64,000 nucleotides of DNA. Source: Polyangiales bacterium (lineage in GTDB: Bacteria > Myxococcota_A > Polyangia > Polyangiales > Polyangiaceae). Below are positions 27,637 to 36,803 of this stretch, in pieces. The DNA lies in assembly GCA_038231275.1 (NCBI GenBank), contig JBBRLQ010000033.1:1-64000 (forward strand), given 5' to 3'. The position numbers were made by a program, and so were the translations under genes. Below the pieces are notes generated by a model that was not told the DNA's origin, ran no database searches, and saw only the letters and a list, made by a program, of their open reading frames with translations. How positions within the stretch are numbered: the first letter of the stretch is position 1; each line of letters opens with the position of its first letter.

Positions 27637-28203
27637 CTACTCGAGCGGATCGGCGTAGACGGCGTCGAGCGAGAGGCTGCAGTCAATCGCCGGCAGCGGC
27701 ACCTTCCCCTCCTGGAAGTCGCGGAGGGTCCACGTGCCGTCCGCGCCGCGCGTGTACAGGATCACGATGCGCTCTTCTTGCGACACGAGAACGTACGCGC
27801 GAAGCGATGGAATCCGCCGGTAGTCGTGGTACTTGTGCTCGCGATCGGTCGCCTCGGTGCTCTTCGACATCACCTCGACGAGGACGATCGGGTTCGTGGC
27901 GGTGTTCTTGTCGGCGGTGTCGACCTCGAGCTTGCCGCACACGACGGTCACGTCGGGATACGTCGCGAGGCCGGTTTCGAGGACGCGCACCCGCAGGTCA
28001 GAGCTGAAGACGGCGCACGGCCGCCCCACCCGCTGGGCGCGTAGCTCGCCGCCGATGGTCATCGCGATGCGTGCGTGGCCAGGCGTGCCGCCGGCCATGG
28101 CGTACACGTAGCCGCCAATGTACTCGTGCTTCACGTCGCTCGCGGCGTCGATCGCGATGTACTCCTCGAACGAGACCTTGGGCGGCGACGGCTGCGCGAC
28201 CAT
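27637..28203 (-). CDS. Uma2 (DUF820) family protein (copy 2)
   Basis: SFEEYIA..KHEYIGGYVYAMAGGTPGH, SDLRVRV, YPDVTVVCG and NPIVLVEVMSKST. Confidence 0.9.
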   Translation of the reverse strand: MVAQPSPPKVSFEEYIAIDAASDVKHEYIGGYVYAMAGGTPGHARIAMTIGGELRAQRVGRPCAVFSSDLRVRVLETGLATYPDVTVVCGKLEVDTADKNTATNPIVLVEVMSKSTEATDREHKYHDYRRIPSLRAYVLVSQEERIVILYTRGADGTWTLRDFQEGKVPLPAIDCSLSLDAVYADPLE

Positions 28204-28227
28204 GCCGAAGTCTAGCACGCCAGACTC

Positions 28228-28265
28228 GGCGCCAACGTTGGCGCCCCCGCCCGCCAACGTTGGCG
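28228..28265. promoter_or_regulatory. Tandem perfect palindromes (operator-like)
   Basis: GGCGCCAACGTTGGCGCC (28228-28245) and CGCCAACGTTGGCG (28252-28265); centres are 22 bp apart. Confidence 0.6.
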
Positions 28266-28433
28266 CCCAGCCGGTGGGAACGCTACGGAGCGCTCTGGCG
28301 CCAGGGCGGCCCGTGCGGGAAAAACCGCGACGGCGGGCCGGATGGGCGTTCGGACGCAAATTTAGGGCGGTGAGGCCGGGCGCCACCGTCGAGTTTGCGA
28401 AATGGTCCCCTCCCCTTGTAGGCTGCGGGGGTC

Positions 28434-28970
28434 ATGGCCTCCGCCAAAGCCGTCGCTTGCCCCTCGTGTGGCTTCCAGAAGAACCCTCCCAACTCCGCGC
28501 GCTGCGCGTCGTGTGGGGCGAAGATCGAGGCGCTCGGTAAGGCGCAGCGTTCCCGCGAGGAGGAGCTCGAACGCCGCTACCAGCAAGAGGGCGTCAGCGT
28601 GCAGTGGATGTTCATCGCCCTCGCCGTCCAGGGCGTGCTCACCGCAGCGCTCGTCTTCGGGCTGCCGATGGTGATTCCGGCGATCGACTTCGAGGGAGGC
28701 AACGGCATGGCCGTGTGCTTGCCGGTGTGGTTCATCGGCGGCCTGCTCGTGGGCATGATCTCGCCGGGCCGCACCTTCATCGAGCCGATGGTCGCGAGCT
28801 TCATGGTCGCCATCCCGTCGACGCTGCTGCTCGTGCAGAGCCAGACGGTGCGCATGATGCCGACGTTCCTCTATGTCATCTTCGCGGCGATCGGCATCCT
28901 GATGAGCCTGATCGGTGCGTATATCGGGGAGCGCATCCAGCTCGGCCCGCCGCCGAAGCCCGCCGACTGA
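28434..28970 (+). CDS. Zinc-ribbon multi-pass membrane protein
   Basis: CPSCG..CASCG followed by about four hydrophobic segments. Confidence 0.8.
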   Translation: MASAKAVACPSCGFQKNPPNSARCASCGAKIEALGKAQRSREEELERRYQQEGVSVQWMFIALAVQGVLTAALVFGLPMVIPAIDFEGGNGMAVCLPVWFIGGLLVGMISPGRTFIEPMVASFMVAIPSTLLLVQSQTVRMMPTFLYVIFAAIGILMSLIGAYIGERIQLGPPPKPAD

Positions 28971-28977
28971 GGTCAAG

Positions 28978-30165
28978 GTGTCCGCGCCGTTCGTCGTGAT
29001 CGGCGGGGGTCCCGCGGGGGCCGTGGCGGCAGCGCGGCTAGGGCAGCTCGGCGAGCCCGTGATCGTGCTCGAGCGCGAGACGTTCCCGCGCTTTCGGCTC
29101 GGGGAGTCGCTCCTCCCGCAGTCGCTCCACGTGATGCAGGCGCTGGGGCTCTTGGACGCCATGAGCGCGCGGTTCATGGTGAAGCGCGGGGCGCAGTTCT
29201 ACGACGACGCATCCGGCAGGGTGACGCGCTTCTCGTTCGACGGGGCGTTCGACAACCGCTTCAGCCACGCCTTCCAGGTCCCGCGCGACGAGTTCGACGC
29301 GCTCCTCCTCGCGCGCGCCGCGGAGCTCGGCGCCGACGTGCGCCACGGGTGGACGGTGACGCGCGCGCGCACCGATGGGGACCGCGTCGTCGGCGTCGTC
29401 GCGAACGATCCGGAGGGCCGTGAGCACACGCTCGACGCGCGCTTCGTGATCGACGCCTCGGGCCGCGACGCGCTCTTCGCCCACGGCGGACGCGCGACCG
29501 AGCGCTTGGCCGGCCTCGAGAACACTGCGCTCTATACGCATGTCCGGGGCATGGCGCGCGAGGAAGGCGAGCGCGAGGGCGACGTCCACATCGTCCTCTT
29601 CCGCGGCGGCTGGCACTGGGTCATTCCGTTCGCCGACGGGCGCAGCAGCGTCGGCGCCGTCGCCACCCGCGCGTGGGTGCGCGAACGCCCGGGAGCGTCG
29701 GTCCCCGAGATGTTCGCCCGCGCAATCGACGAGTCGGCCGCGATGCGCCGGCTCATGAAAGGGGCCGAGCCGCTCTGGCCTGTGCGCGCGGCCGCCGATT
29801 TCAGCTACCGCGTCGATCGCTCATTCGGCGACGGCTGGGTCGCGATCGGCGACGCCGGCGGCTTCATCGATCCGCTCTTCTCGACGGGCGTGCACATCGC
29901 GATGTGGGGCGCGTTCGAGGCGGTGCCGGCCATCTTGAACGGCGGCCTCGACGCGTGGGATGCCCGCGTGCGCGCCGGGGTCGGGCTGTTCCTCACCGCC
30001 GTGCGCGGCTTCTACAAGGGGGCCCTGCAGCCCTACATCTTCACCGACAACCCGCGCACGTACCTGAGGCGCGCGATCACGTCGATGCTCTCGGGCGACG
30101 TCTTCAGCGAAGAGCGGTGGGCGCGCGACATGCGCGAGCGGCTCGGCGGTCTCGTCGGCGAGTGA
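28978..30165 (+). CDS. FAD-dependent halogenase-like oxidoreductase
   Basis: GGGPAG, FPRFRLGESLLP, KRGA, WHWVIP (WxWxIP) and GDAGGFIDPLFSTGV. Confidence 0.8.
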   Translation: MSAPFVVIGGGPAGAVAAARLGQLGEPVIVLERETFPRFRLGESLLPQSLHVMQALGLLDAMSARFMVKRGAQFYDDASGRVTRFSFDGAFDNRFSHAFQVPRDEFDALLLARAAELGADVRHGWTVTRARTDGDRVVGVVANDPEGREHTLDARFVIDASGRDALFAHGGRATERLAGLENTALYTHVRGMAREEGEREGDVHIVLFRGGWHWVIPFADGRSSVGAVATRAWVRERPGASVPEMFARAIDESAAMRRLMKGAEPLWPVRAAADFSYRVDRSFGDGWVAIGDAGGFIDPLFSTGVHIAMWGAFEAVPAILNGGLDAWDARVRAGVGLFLTAVRGFYKGALQPYIFTDNPRTYLRRAITSMLSGDVFSEERWARDMRERLGGLVGE

Positions 30166-30205
30166 GCCCTCAAGGTCGCCGGCGAACGTCCGTTCCCCCG
30201 TCAGG

Positions 30206-30703
30206 ATGAACGCCGCTCCGAAGATCGTCGACGCCGCATCTCCGTCCGTGTCCGTCGTCACCGTGGCCGATCTGATGTCGCGCCGCGTGATCACCATCGA
30301 CCCGGAGGCGCCGCTCGCCTTGGCGCGCGATCTGTTCCAGCGGCATCGGTTTCACCACATCCTGGTGACCGAAGGCACGCGCCTGGTCGGGCTGATGAGC
30401 GATCGCGATCTGTTGAAGGGCCTGAGCCCGTTCCTCGATACGATGGCGGAGCGCGCGCTCGACGCCGACACGCTCAAGCGCAAAGTTCACACGCTCATGC
30501 AGCGCAAGGTCATCACCACGCCGCCGGACGCGACGATCGCGGCCGCCTCCGCGCGCATCGTGAAGCACGGCATCTCAAGCCTTCCCGTCATCGACGCGAA
30601 GGGCGCGCTCGTGGGCATCGTGACGTGGAAGGACATCCTGCGCTGGCTCGTGCACAGCGCGCAGGGCCCTGCCGGCTTGTCCCTGGCGCCTAGCGCCAAG
30701 TAG
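30206..30703 (+). CDS. CBS-domain pair protein
   Basis: VADLMSRRVITI, LVGLMSDRD and LPVID..LVGIVTWKD. Confidence 0.88.
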   Translation: MNAAPKIVDAASPSVSVVTVADLMSRRVITIDPEAPLALARDLFQRHRFHHILVTEGTRLVGLMSDRDLLKGLSPFLDTMAERALDADTLKRKVHTLMQRKVITTPPDATIAAASARIVKHGISSLPVIDAKGALVGIVTWKDILRWLVHSAQGPAGLSLAPSAK

Positions 30704-30715
30704 GGAGCGCGTCGC

Positions 30716-31081
30716 TCAGTTGTCTTTTGCGTCGCGGACGCGGGCGGCCTTGCCCTGGAGCTCGCGCAAGTAGAAGAGACGCGCGCGGCGGACGACGCCC
30801 TTGCTCACGATCTCGATCTTCTCGATGCGCGGCGAGTGCGAGAGGAACACGCGCTCGACGCCGACGCTGAAGCTGATCTTGCGCACGGTGAACGTGCTGC
30901 GGGCTCCGGCGCGGTGGCGCTTCAGGACGACGCCCTGGAAGACCTGGATGCGGTCCTTGTCGCCTTCGACGATCTTGTAGTGGACGCGGACGGTGTCGCC
31001 CACGCGAAACTCCGGCAACCCGGTGCGAAGCTGCTCGGCTTCGATCTGCTCGATGGTGGTCAGGTTCGCGGGGCTGTTCAT
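30716..31081 (-). CDS. rplS: 50S ribosomal protein L19
   Basis: [36 protein letters not shown] and [10 protein letters not shown]. Confidence 0.97.
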   Translation of the reverse strand: MNSPANLTTIEQIEAEQLRTGLPEFRVGDTVRVHYKIVEGDKDRIQVFQGVVLKRHRAGARSTFTVRKISFSVGVERVFLSHSPRIEKIEIVSKGVVRRARLFYLRELQGKAARVRDAKDN

Positions 31082-31174
31082 CGGTCGAGTCTCCAAATGC
31101 CGTTTTCTATAGAAGGGTCGCAGCTTAAAGCACGCACCTTGCGGCCTGTCAACGCAGCGCCTATGGAAGGCCTC

Positions 31175-31639
31175 GTGAGCCTCCACATTGGTGACAAAGC
31201 CCCCGACTTCGACGTGACCGCCCACGACGGCAAGCGCCTGCGCCTCGGCGACTATCTCGGGAAAAAGAACGTGGTTCTCTACTTTTACCCGAAGGACTTC
31301 ACCGCGGTGTGCACGGCCGAGGCGTGCGGGTTCCGGGACATGTACGACGAGCTCATGGGCAAGGACACGGAGGTCATCGGCGTCTCCGTCGACGACAACG
31401 AGTCCCACGACCGCTTCGCCAAGAAGCATGGGGTCACGTTCCCCTTGGTCGCCGACCCCAAGAAGGAGCTCGCGGCGAAGTACCAGGCGACCGGCTTTTT
31501 CAGCGATCTCCTCGGCGGCACCAAGCGCATCACCTATCTCATCGACAAAAAGGGCAAAATCGCCGGCGTCTTCGACAGCGCCATCCGCGCGTCGCAGCAC
31601 CTCGACGGCGTCAAAGGCGCGATCGCCGCGCTTGCGTGA
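31175..31639 (+). CDS. bcp: Peroxiredoxin (BCP/PrxQ type)
   Basis: GDKAPDF and [17 protein letters not shown]. Start is GTG 31175 or ATG 31163. Confidence 0.88.
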   Translation: MSLHIGDKAPDFDVTAHDGKRLRLGDYLGKKNVVLYFYPKDFTAVCTAEACGFRDMYDELMGKDTEVIGVSVDDNESHDRFAKKHGVTFPLVADPKKELAAKYQATGFFSDLLGGTKRITYLIDKKGKIAGVFDSAIRASQHLDGVKGAIAALA

Positions 31640-31676
31640 CTCGCCTGGCCCGCCGTGGATTCGCAGGCCTAAGTGC

Positions 31677-31704
31677 TTGACGGAAAAGGCGGCGCGACTA
31701 GGAT
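31677..31704 (+). promoter_or_regulatory. Putative sigma70 promoter for rplC
   Basis: TTGACG-N16-TAGGAT. Confidence 0.55.
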
Positions 31705-31843
31705 GCCGCCTCTCCTATCGGCGTGGGGTTTTCCCCTCGGTCTTGCGCTCCGAGACCGGTCCAGTCCTCTGCAACGCCGTGCGGAATCATTTCGAGCTGC
31801 CTCGAGCTTTCATCATCCGCGGAGCGCGCGACGGAGAATCGCC

Positions 31844-32503
31844 ATGAACCAGAACCCCGGAATCTACGGCCGCAAGATCGGCAACACGCAGCTCTACACC
31901 GCGGACGGCAACGTCAGCCGCGTCACCGTCGTGCAGGCGGGCCCGATCCACGTCATCAACAAGCGTACGCCCGAGAAGGACGGTTACACCGCCCTCGTGT
32001 ACGGCTTCGAGGATCGCAAAGAGAAGCACACGACCAAGCCGATGATGGGGCAGTTCAAGAAGGCGAACACTGCGCCGCGCCGCGTGGTGAAGGAGCTCCG
32101 CTGCTCCCCCGAGTTCGCCGCCAAGTTCGAGGTCGGGCACGAGATGAAGCTCGACGAGATCTTCGAGGTCGGCGGCTTCGTCGACGCGCGCGGCACCTCG
32201 CGCGGCCGCGGCTTCACCGGCGTCGTCCGTCGCTGGGGCTTCGCGGGCGGCGTGCAAACGCACGGCACGCACGAGTACCGCCGTCACGGCGGCTCGATCG
32301 GTACGAACATGACGCCGGGCCGCACGCTCCCCAACATCAAGATGGGCGGGCAGTACGGCAACACGACGATCAGCACGCTCAACCTGAAGATCTCGCGCAT
32401 CGACGTCGAGAAGCACCTCATCATGGTCGAGGGCGGCATCGCCGGCGCGAAGGGCGGCCTCGTCCTCATTCGCCAGGCCGTCAAGAAGCACAAGAAGAAG
32501 TAG
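31844..32503 (+). CDS. rplC: 50S ribosomal protein L3
   Basis: GIYGRKIGNTQ, EKDGYTA, GRGFTGVVRRWGFAGG..THG and RHGGSIG. SD GGAG present. Confidence 0.95.
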   Translation: MNQNPGIYGRKIGNTQLYTADGNVSRVTVVQAGPIHVINKRTPEKDGYTALVYGFEDRKEKHTTKPMMGQFKKANTAPRRVVKELRCSPEFAAKFEVGHEMKLDEIFEVGGFVDARGTSRGRGFTGVVRRWGFAGGVQTHGTHEYRRHGGSIGTNMTPGRTLPNIKMGGQYGNTTISTLNLKISRIDVEKHLIMVEGGIAGAKGGLVLIRQAVKKHKKK

Positions 32504-32527
32504 TGGGCGACGCCGGGGGCGGGCGGT

Positions 32528-33598
32528 CTACGGATCGACGCCCCCGTGGGTGCCGTACTTCTTCGCGCGCCACACGCCGAGACCTTCGTCGAGGACCGTC
32601 ACCTTCGTGAAGCCCTTCGCGACGAGCTTCGCCGCGAGGGTGCTCGACTCGGCGTGCGGGCACGCGCAGTAGCAGACGAGCCACGCGTCCTTCGGGAGCG
32701 CCGCGAAGTACGGATCGGGATCGTAGAAGGGCACGCTGACGGCGCCCTTGATGTGATCGTTCGTGTAGTCGGACGGCGCGCGCGCATCGAGCAGCGCCAT
32801 CTTCGCGCCGCGATCGAGCTCGCGATGCACGATGTCGGCGCCCGTCGTCTTCGGGTGCGTGTTGAAGCCGATCGGCTCCGGTCCTTTGGGGTGGAGCGGC
32901 ACGGGGCCGAGCGGGATCGGCGGCGGCTTCGCGGGAGGAGGAGGCGGCGTCGCGGCGGCGCCGAGCTGCCAGCTGCGAAGGAGCGCGATCTGATCCTCGA
33001 CGCCAGTCGTGCCGAGCGGGGCGGCGAAGCCTTGCATTGGCGTCCCGTCGCGGCCATGCGCGATCGCGCGGCGGAGGAAGCCGTTTCCGGCGAGGCCGAG
33101 GAGCTCCACACTGCCGATGCCGACGTTCGGGCCGCCGATTCCCTTCGCGCCGTGGCACTTCGCGCACGTCGCCGAGAAGGTGACCGCGCCGCGCTGGGCG
33201 TCTCCGGCGGCGACGCGATCGTCGACCTCTTGGCGCGGGCGCATCTGCCACGTGCGCATGAACGCGACGACCGCATCGACGTCCGCGCGCGAGAGCGGTC
33301 CGCCGCGCTCGGTGCCCCACGCCGACATCGTCGTGCCGGAGCGGCCGCGCGCGATCGCGCCGCGTAAGAAGTCGTCGGTGACCGTGGTCAGGAACTCGGG
33401 GTGGCGGAGCGTGGGCGCCTGATCGGCTTTGTACCCCTCGCCGTTCGCGCCGTGGCAGACCGCGCACATCCGACCGTAGAGCTCGGCGCCGCGCGCCTGC
33501 GTTCGCGTCTGGATGTGGCGACCGCACTCGAGCGATCCGCTCGCGATGCACGCGCCCATGACGGCGACAAATGCGAGGAGCCGGGTTCGAATGTCCAC
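32528..33598 (-). CDS. Diheme c-type cytochrome fused to a rhodanese domain
   Basis: CAVCH and CAKCH, each with a downstream Met motif (GTTM, GTPM). Rhodanese motifs LLDAR..HIKGA..CYCACPHAES. Confidence 0.85.
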   Translation of the reverse strand: MDIRTRLLAFVAVMGACIASGSLECGRHIQTRTQARGAELYGRMCAVCHGANGEGYKADQAPTLRHPEFLTTVTDDFLRGAIARGRSGTTMSAWGTERGGPLSRADVDAVVAFMRTWQMRPRQEVDDRVAAGDAQRGAVTFSATCAKCHGAKGIGGPNVGIGSVELLGLAGNGFLRRAIAHGRDGTPMQGFAAPLGTTGVEDQIALLRSWQLGAAATPPPPPAKPPPIPLGPVPLHPKGPEPIGFNTHPKTTGADIVHRELDRGAKMALLDARAPSDYTNDHIKGAVSVPFYDPDPYFAALPKDAWLVCYCACPHAESSTLAAKLVAKGFTKVTVLDEGLGVWRAKKYGTHGGVDP

Positions 33599-33654
33599 GC
33601 GCGACGAAGCGTAGCAGGGGACCGTGCGCCTGCCGTCGAGTATCGTTGGCGGAG

Positions 33655-35721
33655 ATGACGCCCCTTCGCCTCTCCGCGACGCTCGCCCTCACCGTCATGG
33701 CGTGCGGCCCGTCCACACCGTCCGCGACCTCCACGCCGAACGCGATGCCCACGCAGAAATGCGCCGCGACGAGGGCGCCGCCCGCCGAGCGCGTGATTCG
33801 CTTCGACTGCCTCATGATGGGCAAGAAGGCGGGCGAGCACGTCGTGACCGTGCACCCGAGCGGCGATCGGGCCGCGACGTTCGAGTTCAACGATCGCGGA
33901 CGCGGGCCCAAGCTCACCGCGCACCTGGAGACGAACGCCGACGGATTTCCCACCGCGCTCGACGTCGTCGGCGTCGACTACTTGAAGGTGCCGGTCGACG
34001 AGCACCTCACGATGAAGAACGGCACGCTCGCGTGGAAGAACCGCGCGGAGATCGGCGAGGCGCCGGCCGGCAGCGGGTTCTACGTCCCGTTCCACGGGAT
34101 GACCGATCACGACGCCGCCCTCGCGCGCGCGCTCATCCGGCGCCCCGATCACGCGCTCGATCTGCTTCCGAAGGGGCGCGCGCGCATCGAGAAGGGCACC
34201 GAGCTCGTGCTCGGCGAGGGCGAAACCAAGCTCCACGTGACGCGCTGGGATTTTCTCGGCATCGATCTCATGCCGCAGCCCATCTGGCTCGACGACGACG
34301 GCGAGCTCTTCGCGCAGGTCTCCGATTGGTTCACGACCGTGCGGAAAGGCTGGGCCGAGCAGGTACCCAAGCTCCAGGACGATCAGCACGCGGCGGAGAC
34401 CGCGCGGCTGGAGCACGACGCCAAAGCGATCGCGCACACGCCGCCGGCGGCAGGGCTCGCCATCGTCAACGCGCGGATTTTCGACGTCGAGAAGAAGACC
34501 GCGACGATGGGCACCGTGCTGGTGAAGGGCGATCGCATCGTCCAGGCGGGTCCCGCCGCGGCCGTGAAGCTTCCGCCTGGGGTGGAGACGCTCGACGTGG
34601 CGGGCAAGACAGTTCTCCCGGGCCTATGTGACATGCACACGCACGTCTCGCCGCTCGACGGCACGCTCCACGTCGCCGCCGGGGTCACCAGCGTGCGCGA
34701 TCTCGGCAACGACGTCGACGTCGTGAAGCGACTGAAGGACAGCTGGGACGCAGGCAAGACGATCGGTCCGCGCTTGCTCTCTGCGGGGCTCATCGACGGC
34801 CGCGGCCCGTTCCAGGCGCCCACCAAGATCTTCGCGGACACCGAGGACGAAGCGCGCGCGCAGGTCGACGCGTACGCCGCGCTCGGGTACGCGCAGATCA
34901 AGATCTACAGCTCGATGAAGCCTGCGCTCGTGCCCGCGCTCATCGCCGAGGCTCGCCTCAAGAAGATGCGCGTGAGCGGTCACGTACCGATGGGGATGAC
35001 CGCCGCCGACGCCGTCAACGCCGGCTACGACGAGATCCAGCACATGAACTTCCTGTTCCTCAATTTCCTCGCGACGCGCGAGGAGGACACGCGCACGCCG
35101 CTGCGCTTCACGCGCGTGGCCGAAAAGGGGAGCACGATCGATCCACAGAGCCCGCCCGTCCGCGAGTTCATCAAGATGCTCGCGCAGAAAAAGATCGTGA
35201 TCGATCCGACGGACAACATCTTCGAGGCCATGTTCACCGATCGCGCCGGCAAGGTACCGGATTGGGCGGCGCGCCTGGAAGGACGACTCCCCGTGCTGGT
35301 GCGGCGCGGTCTCCTCGGCGGCGGACTGCCGGTCGCCGACGACGGGGCCGGCGCGCGGTACAAAGCGTCGTTCGACGCGGTGCTCAAGATGACCAAGGCC
35401 CTCTTCGACGCAGGCGTGACGCTCGTGGCCGGCACCGACGCGCCCGCCGGCTTCGCGCTCCACCGCGAGCTCGAGCTCTACGCGAAGGCGGGGATCCCCG
35501 CAGGCGACGTGCTCGCGATCGCGACGATCGGCGCCGCGCGCGTAATGAAGCAAGAGAAGGTGCGTGGATCGATCGCGTCGGGAAAACTAGCCGATCTTGC
35601 GATCGTCGACGGCAAACCCGACGTGGACATGATCGACATCGAGAAAGTCGTGACCACGATCAAGGGCGGCGTCGTCTTCTCGTCGAAGGACCTGTACGCG
35701 ACCGTCGGCGTCGGTCCCTGA
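33655..35721 (+). CDS. Secreted amidohydrolase-family lipoprotein
   Basis: Lipobox VMAC. VLPGLCDMHTH, GVTSVRDLG, SGH, AGTD and GKLADL motifs. Confidence 0.88.
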   Translation: MTPLRLSATLALTVMACGPSTPSATSTPNAMPTQKCAATRAPPAERVIRFDCLMMGKKAGEHVVTVHPSGDRAATFEFNDRGRGPKLTAHLETNADGFPTALDVVGVDYLKVPVDEHLTMKNGTLAWKNRAEIGEAPAGSGFYVPFHGMTDHDAALARALIRRPDHALDLLPKGRARIEKGTELVLGEGETKLHVTRWDFLGIDLMPQPIWLDDDGELFAQVSDWFTTVRKGWAEQVPKLQDDQHAAETARLEHDAKAIAHTPPAAGLAIVNARIFDVEKKTATMGTVLVKGDRIVQAGPAAAVKLPPGVETLDVAGKTVLPGLCDMHTHVSPLDGTLHVAAGVTSVRDLGNDVDVVKRLKDSWDAGKTIGPRLLSAGLIDGRGPFQAPTKIFADTEDEARAQVDAYAALGYAQIKIYSSMKPALVPALIAEARLKKMRVSGHVPMGMTAADAVNAGYDEIQHMNFLFLNFLATREEDTRTPLRFTRVAEKGSTIDPQSPPVREFIKMLAQKKIVIDPTDNIFEAMFTDRAGKVPDWAARLEGRLPVLVRRGLLGGGLPVADDGAGARYKASFDAVLKMTKALFDAGVTLVAGTDAPAGFALHRELELYAKAGIPAGDVLAIATIGAARVMKQEKVRGSIASGKLADLAIVDGKPDVDMIDIEKVVTTIKGGVVFSSKDLYATVGVGP

Positions 35722-35725
35722 TCGT

Positions 35726-36793
35726 TCAGGGCGCGGGCGGCAGCGGGATGCCGGGGATTCCGTCGGGAACCTTTCGCATCGCGAGACTCCCCTCCCCTCG
35801 GCCACTCGAGATGCTGCCGATCAGCACGTCGTCGGCGCTGATCGATCCCGTTCCGCGAACCAGACCCGATCCGTCCTGCGTGAACGTCGACGCAAAGCGC
35901 GTGTTGCGGAGCGTCACCTGGGGCTGCGGTACGTCCACGTCGACCGGAAGGTTCACGTACGAGGCCGTGCCGTCGCCGATGTCCTCCGCGCAGCCGTGCA
36001 CGGTAAACGAGTAGCCGGTGGGCGGACCGGGATCGGGGATGTAGTCGGGAAACTCGTCGGGCGTGCCGGCGCGCTCGGACGGGATGACGCACGCCGGCTG
36101 CGGGAGGAGCCGGCACGCCTCGCTCGACTTGCACGGCGACGGGCAGCGTGACGGATCGGGGTTTCGTTTGGCACGCGTGAATTGGCCGAGAATTTCCCCG
36201 GTGGGGAGCGGCTGGAGGACGACGAAGAGCTGCACTTGCGTCGCGATCGGCTTCTTCACGTCCATCAAGTAGAAGTACGTGCCGCCCGTCACGACCGCGG
36301 AGGGCTTCGTGCACGACAGCTTCACGTCGAAGCCGAACACGATCTTTCGCCGCGCGCGCGTCGCGCTCCCGCCGATCTCGGTGAGGCCGGGCTCGACGAG
36401 GAGGACGAGGCGCGGCGTGATCGGGAGCGGCGTCTTCGGCGTGATACGCACGCTCTTCGCGTCGGGCGAGAGCTCGAGGGATCCGCCGCGATCGCCGTCG
36501 TCGGGATCGTGCGAGAAGAGGGGCGAGAGATCGCCGGGAGGATCCACCTCGTCGGGGAGGTTGCCCTCGATGTCGACGACGTTGCGCACGATCTCGAGGC
36601 GCAACGTCGAGATCTCGATCGGCTTGGTGAACGTCACGGTGATCGGCGCCGCCGGATCGGACAGGAGCCCGTCGTGGGCCTCGGCGAGCGTCGGCGACGG
36701 AGGCGCGTCGAATTTCTCGCACGCGCTGGTGAGCGCGAGGGGGAACGCGAGGACGATCGCGAGAGTCAGACAGAGGAGCGCGCGGCGGATCAT
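35726..36793 (-). CDS. Hypothetical lipoprotein (Ig-like N-terminal region, Cys-rich insert)
   Basis: MIRRALL..LTSAC signal/lipobox. Lies directly downstream of the barrel gene. Confidence 0.7.
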   Translation of the reverse strand: MIRRALLCLTLAIVLAFPLALTSACEKFDAPPSPTLAEAHDGLLSDPAAPITVTFTKPIEISTLRLEIVRNVVDIEGNLPDEVDPPGDLSPLFSHDPDDGDRGGSLELSPDAKSVRITPKTPLPITPRLVLLVEPGLTEIGGSATRARRKIVFGFDVKLSCTKPSAVVTGGTYFYLMDVKKPIATQVQLFVVLQPLPTGEILGQFTRAKRNPDPSRCPSPCKSSEACRLLPQPACVIPSERAGTPDEFPDYIPDPGPPTGYSFTVHGCAEDIGDGTASYVNLPVDVDVPQPQVTLRNTRFASTFTQDGSGLVRGTGSISADDVLIGSISSGRGEGSLAMRKVPDGIPGIPLPPAP

Positions 36794-36803
36794 CGTCGTC
36801 CTC

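Noticed and set aside
8575..28970. Both Uma2 genes lie next to a zinc-ribbon membrane protein gene
   Set aside because: The two zinc-ribbon proteins are otherwise unrelated and the orientations differ. Both families are abundant in myxobacteria, so coincidence is likely.
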